DNA of 64,000 nucleotides from Acholeplasmataceae bacterium (GTDB lineage Bacteria; Bacillota_I; Bacilli_A; Acholeplasmatales; Acholeplasmataceae): NCBI GenBank assembly GCA_963675245.1, contig OY775910.1, positions 1,472,001 to 1,536,000 of the forward strand, read 5' to 3'. Shown piece by piece: positions 61,722 to 64,000 of this stretch (position 1 is its first letter; each line of letters starts with the position of its first letter). The notes under the pieces were generated by a model. It saw only the letters and a program-made list of their open reading frames with translations, ran no database searches and was not told where the DNA came from. The position numbers and the translations under genes were made by a program.

Positions 61722-64000
61722 TTGAATAAAGACGAATTAAAGACAATAAAAACTGCATTTGAAGCCGAATTAAACCGTGATAAAATTTACCATCAAACCG
61801 AACGGTCTATCAGTAAACTAATTCGCGAAATTCCTTCAGAATTGAAGACAATTGCGCATCACGATAGTGATCAAAAAGCGCATTTTTCTAGTCGTATTAA
61901 TACCTTTAATGATGAATATCAGTCTAATGTATCAAACTTTGATAAAGCAATTAAACTGATTAACACTAAAAACGAAACAGAACTAAAAAATATAAAGCGT
62001 AAAAAAAATTATCAATTAGATAAAATCACAAAACGCTTCAATCAACAAATTGATACTTTAAATCAACGTCGTGAACAAGTTGAATCTGAATATAATCAAA
62101 AGTTAAAAGAAATTGAAACAACCCTTCAAAGAGATCTAGGAAGTTATCGAAAAGTATCTCAAAATGCACGTAAACTTAATCAAAAAGTCACACTAGAAAT
62201 TGAAAAAGAACAACAAGAAGCCTTAAAAGGGTTAAAAAACATTTTTGATAATTCGACGAAACAAAGAGATTTAAAACGCCAATCCTTCATTGAAGATTAT
62301 GGACAACGAAAAAAAGAAATCGATAGTAGACAACAAGATTCTACGACAAATAATAATAATGTTTATATCAGCATTAAAACAAACTATAATGAATTTTCGA
62401 TGATTTTCAATAAGAAAATCAACACCCTTAATAAAGAAAATCAAAACGCATTAAAAACTATTAAAGAGCGTTATGAGGCTAAACGCGAGCCTATTAATCA
62501 ACTTTTAATTAAGCTTAAAGATGATTACAATCGTGCTATCGAGCACTTAAAGCTTTCTCATCAAGAAGAGCTCATCAAAATGAATGAAGATTTCAAAGAT
62601 AAAAAACAACAATATGAAGAAAAAAAGGCACGTATAATTCATGAATCTAACGAAATCGTATCTTTATTAAATTCTAAATTAACGGCTTATAAAGAAGCGG
62701 TCAATCGTGATAATTTAGAATCTTCTAGACAATTAAGAAGCGAAATCAAATCAACAGATGATGAACATAAACAAGTGGATCTGCAAAAAGAAATTCGTGC
62801 AAATTTAAAAAATGCAAATAATGAATTAAATAAACAAATCATTCGAACAAATAAAGAGATTTCAGTTAAACAACGAGAATTTCATTATCGATTATACAAT
62901 CATGATTTAGCCTATTTAAAGTTAATTAATGATTGGCGACTACTCAAAACATTAACAAATTACAGATATAAGCAGTCAATCGCTAAGATTGATTTGAATT
63001 TTAATCATAATATTTCACAATCAAAAGCACAATTAGCCTTAAATGAAGCGATCTATAAACATCAAGAACAGCTTCTTAATCTTTCTTTAAATCGTGATTT
63101 ATTATCATTAGAAACGCAGTTACAGCTTGGTTCAATTATCCAAGAGAGAGAATTGAATTTGTTAACTAATGATCAACAAACCGCACTTAATATAACTAAG
63201 TTAGAACATGCACAATTGGATATAGATCATCAATTAGCCTTGGAAGAGTTGGATTTTTTACAAAAGAAAGATGAACTTTCCTATGAATACAATAAATTAA
63301 CTGTCAGTTCAAATACACAATTAGAACTTGAAAAAGCACGTAGTAGACGTGATTTTTCACTTGAAGAACAAGATATTAGAGGTGAAATCGCTAAAAAGAT
63401 TTATGAACGTAGTGAACATAACCTAGATCACGAAAAAAAGCTTTCTTTATTGGAAATCGATCACGAGATGAAGACGATCGAAATGACACAAGATAATGAC
63501 GCATTTCATATTGACTCATCCTATCGTAACCTCGCACATAAACGCATGTCATTTATGATGAAAGCATCGATCAAAAATCTAAAAAGATCGAGTATCGCTA
63601 ATGTTAATCGCGTTCGCAAAATAGATCATGAAGAATTACTGGATTATCATTATCATATTACACAATTTTTATCTTATTTGCTTCATTTACATGATAAAAG
63701 AATCTCCATGCGAAAACTCATCCATGACCTCTATTTAGCGCCATCACATCCCGAAACTTTCAAACAATCACTACAACTCGCCATACGTTTTGATCATGAA
63801 ATTGATTTAGCTATGCATGAATATATTCATACATTTGAAAATCGTTCTCGTGAAGTTTTTAAATTAAAAATTGATAACCAAAAAGATTATCGATCATTAT
63901 TAAAGCATGATGAAATCTTAAAATTCTATACTGCAAAAACAAAACGTTTAGACAGAGAACAAAAAGTCATTGAGTCAGAAATTCAACATATCGAGCAAAA
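61722..64000 (+). CDS. Very long coiled-coil hypothetical protein (partial, runs off window)
   Basis: Not in ORF track (no stop); TTG start after AAGGTGA and TG-A-TATAAT; MNKDELKTIKTAFEAELNRDK..., same frame still open at window end (about 759 codons), E/K/Q/L-rich. Confidence 0.85.
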   Translation, partial: MNKDELKTIKTAFEAELNRDKIYHQTERSISKLIREIPSELKTIAHHDSDQKAHFSSRINTFNDEYQSNVSNFDKAIKLINTKNETELKNIKRKKNYQLDKITKRFNQQIDTLNQRREQVESEYNQKLKEIETTLQRDLGSYRKVSQNARKLNQKVTLEIEKEQQEALKGLKNIFDNSTKQRDLKRQSFIEDYGQRKKEIDSRQQDSTTNNNNVYISIKTNYNEFSMIFNKKINTLNKENQNALKTIKERYEAKREPINQLLIKLKDDYNRAIEHLKLSHQEELIKMNEDFKDKKQQYEEKKARIIHESNEIVSLLNSKLTAYKEAVNRDNLESSRQLRSEIKSTDDEHKQVDLQKEIRANLKNANNELNKQIIRTNKEISVKQREFHYRLYNHDLAYLKLINDWRLLKTLTNYRYKQSIAKIDLNFNHNISQSKAQLALNEAIYKHQEQLLNLSLNRDLLSLETQLQLGSIIQERELNLLTNDQQTALNITKLEHAQLDIDHQLALEELDFLQKKDELSYEYNKLTVSSNTQLELEKARSRRDFSLEEQDIRGEIAKKIYERSEHNLDHEKKLSLLEIDHEMKTIEMTQDNDAFHIDSSYRNLAHKRMSFMMKASIKNLKRSSIANVNRVRKIDHEELLDYHYHITQFLSYLLHLHDKRISMRKLIHDLYLAPSHPETFKQSLQLAIRFDHEIDLAMHEYIHTFENRSREVFKLKIDNQKDYRSLLKHDEILKFYTAKTKRLDREQKVIESEIQHIEQ

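Noticed and set aside
1..64000. CRISPR array, tRNA, rRNA, IS elements, defence systems
   Set aside because: No spaced repeats, cloverleafs, rRNA signatures, transposase or recognisable defence ORFs seen

Overview
Low-GC chromosomal window using the standard genetic code (TGG=Trp, TGA=stop). It has Firmicutes-type housekeeping synteny and a B-type RNase P RNA, most consistent with an Acholeplasmatales/Izemoplasmatales-like mollicute (inference). It appears to span the replication terminus: genes run mostly + up to 20.2 kb and mostly - from 20.3 to 61.6 kb, converging on a dif site at 22095-22122. The dif site is followed by about 0.9 kb of AT-rich DNA with a branched hairpin and a decayed ORF. 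Housekeeping genes: rnhC (partial), mutS2, trxA, truB, ribF, darA, rpsO, pnp, rnpB, lepA, hemW, xerD, deoB, parEC, plsY, rsmD, infC-rpmI-rplT with L20 leader, pepP, pgm, coaX, trmB, ptsH, queA, ruvAB. Less ordinary content: (i) a coupled four-gene operon encoding a secreted protein with an aerolysin/ETX-MTX2-like beta-hairpin signature, an anchored partner and an ABC transporter; (ii) a 13-kb TetR-controlled thiolase/reductase/hydrolase/KAS-III/Liv-ABC/CoA-transferase cluster with visible operators; (iii) three HlyC/CorC (CNNM) paralogues, two of them behind a uORF-plus-terminator leader; (iv) a 6S-like RNA; (v) L20 with a Rho_N-like tail; (vi) degenerate Fic and EIIB proteins; (vii) a very long coiled-coil ORF running off the end. 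No rRNA, tRNA, CRISPR array or intact mobile element was seen. All calls are by eye; no database searches were run.
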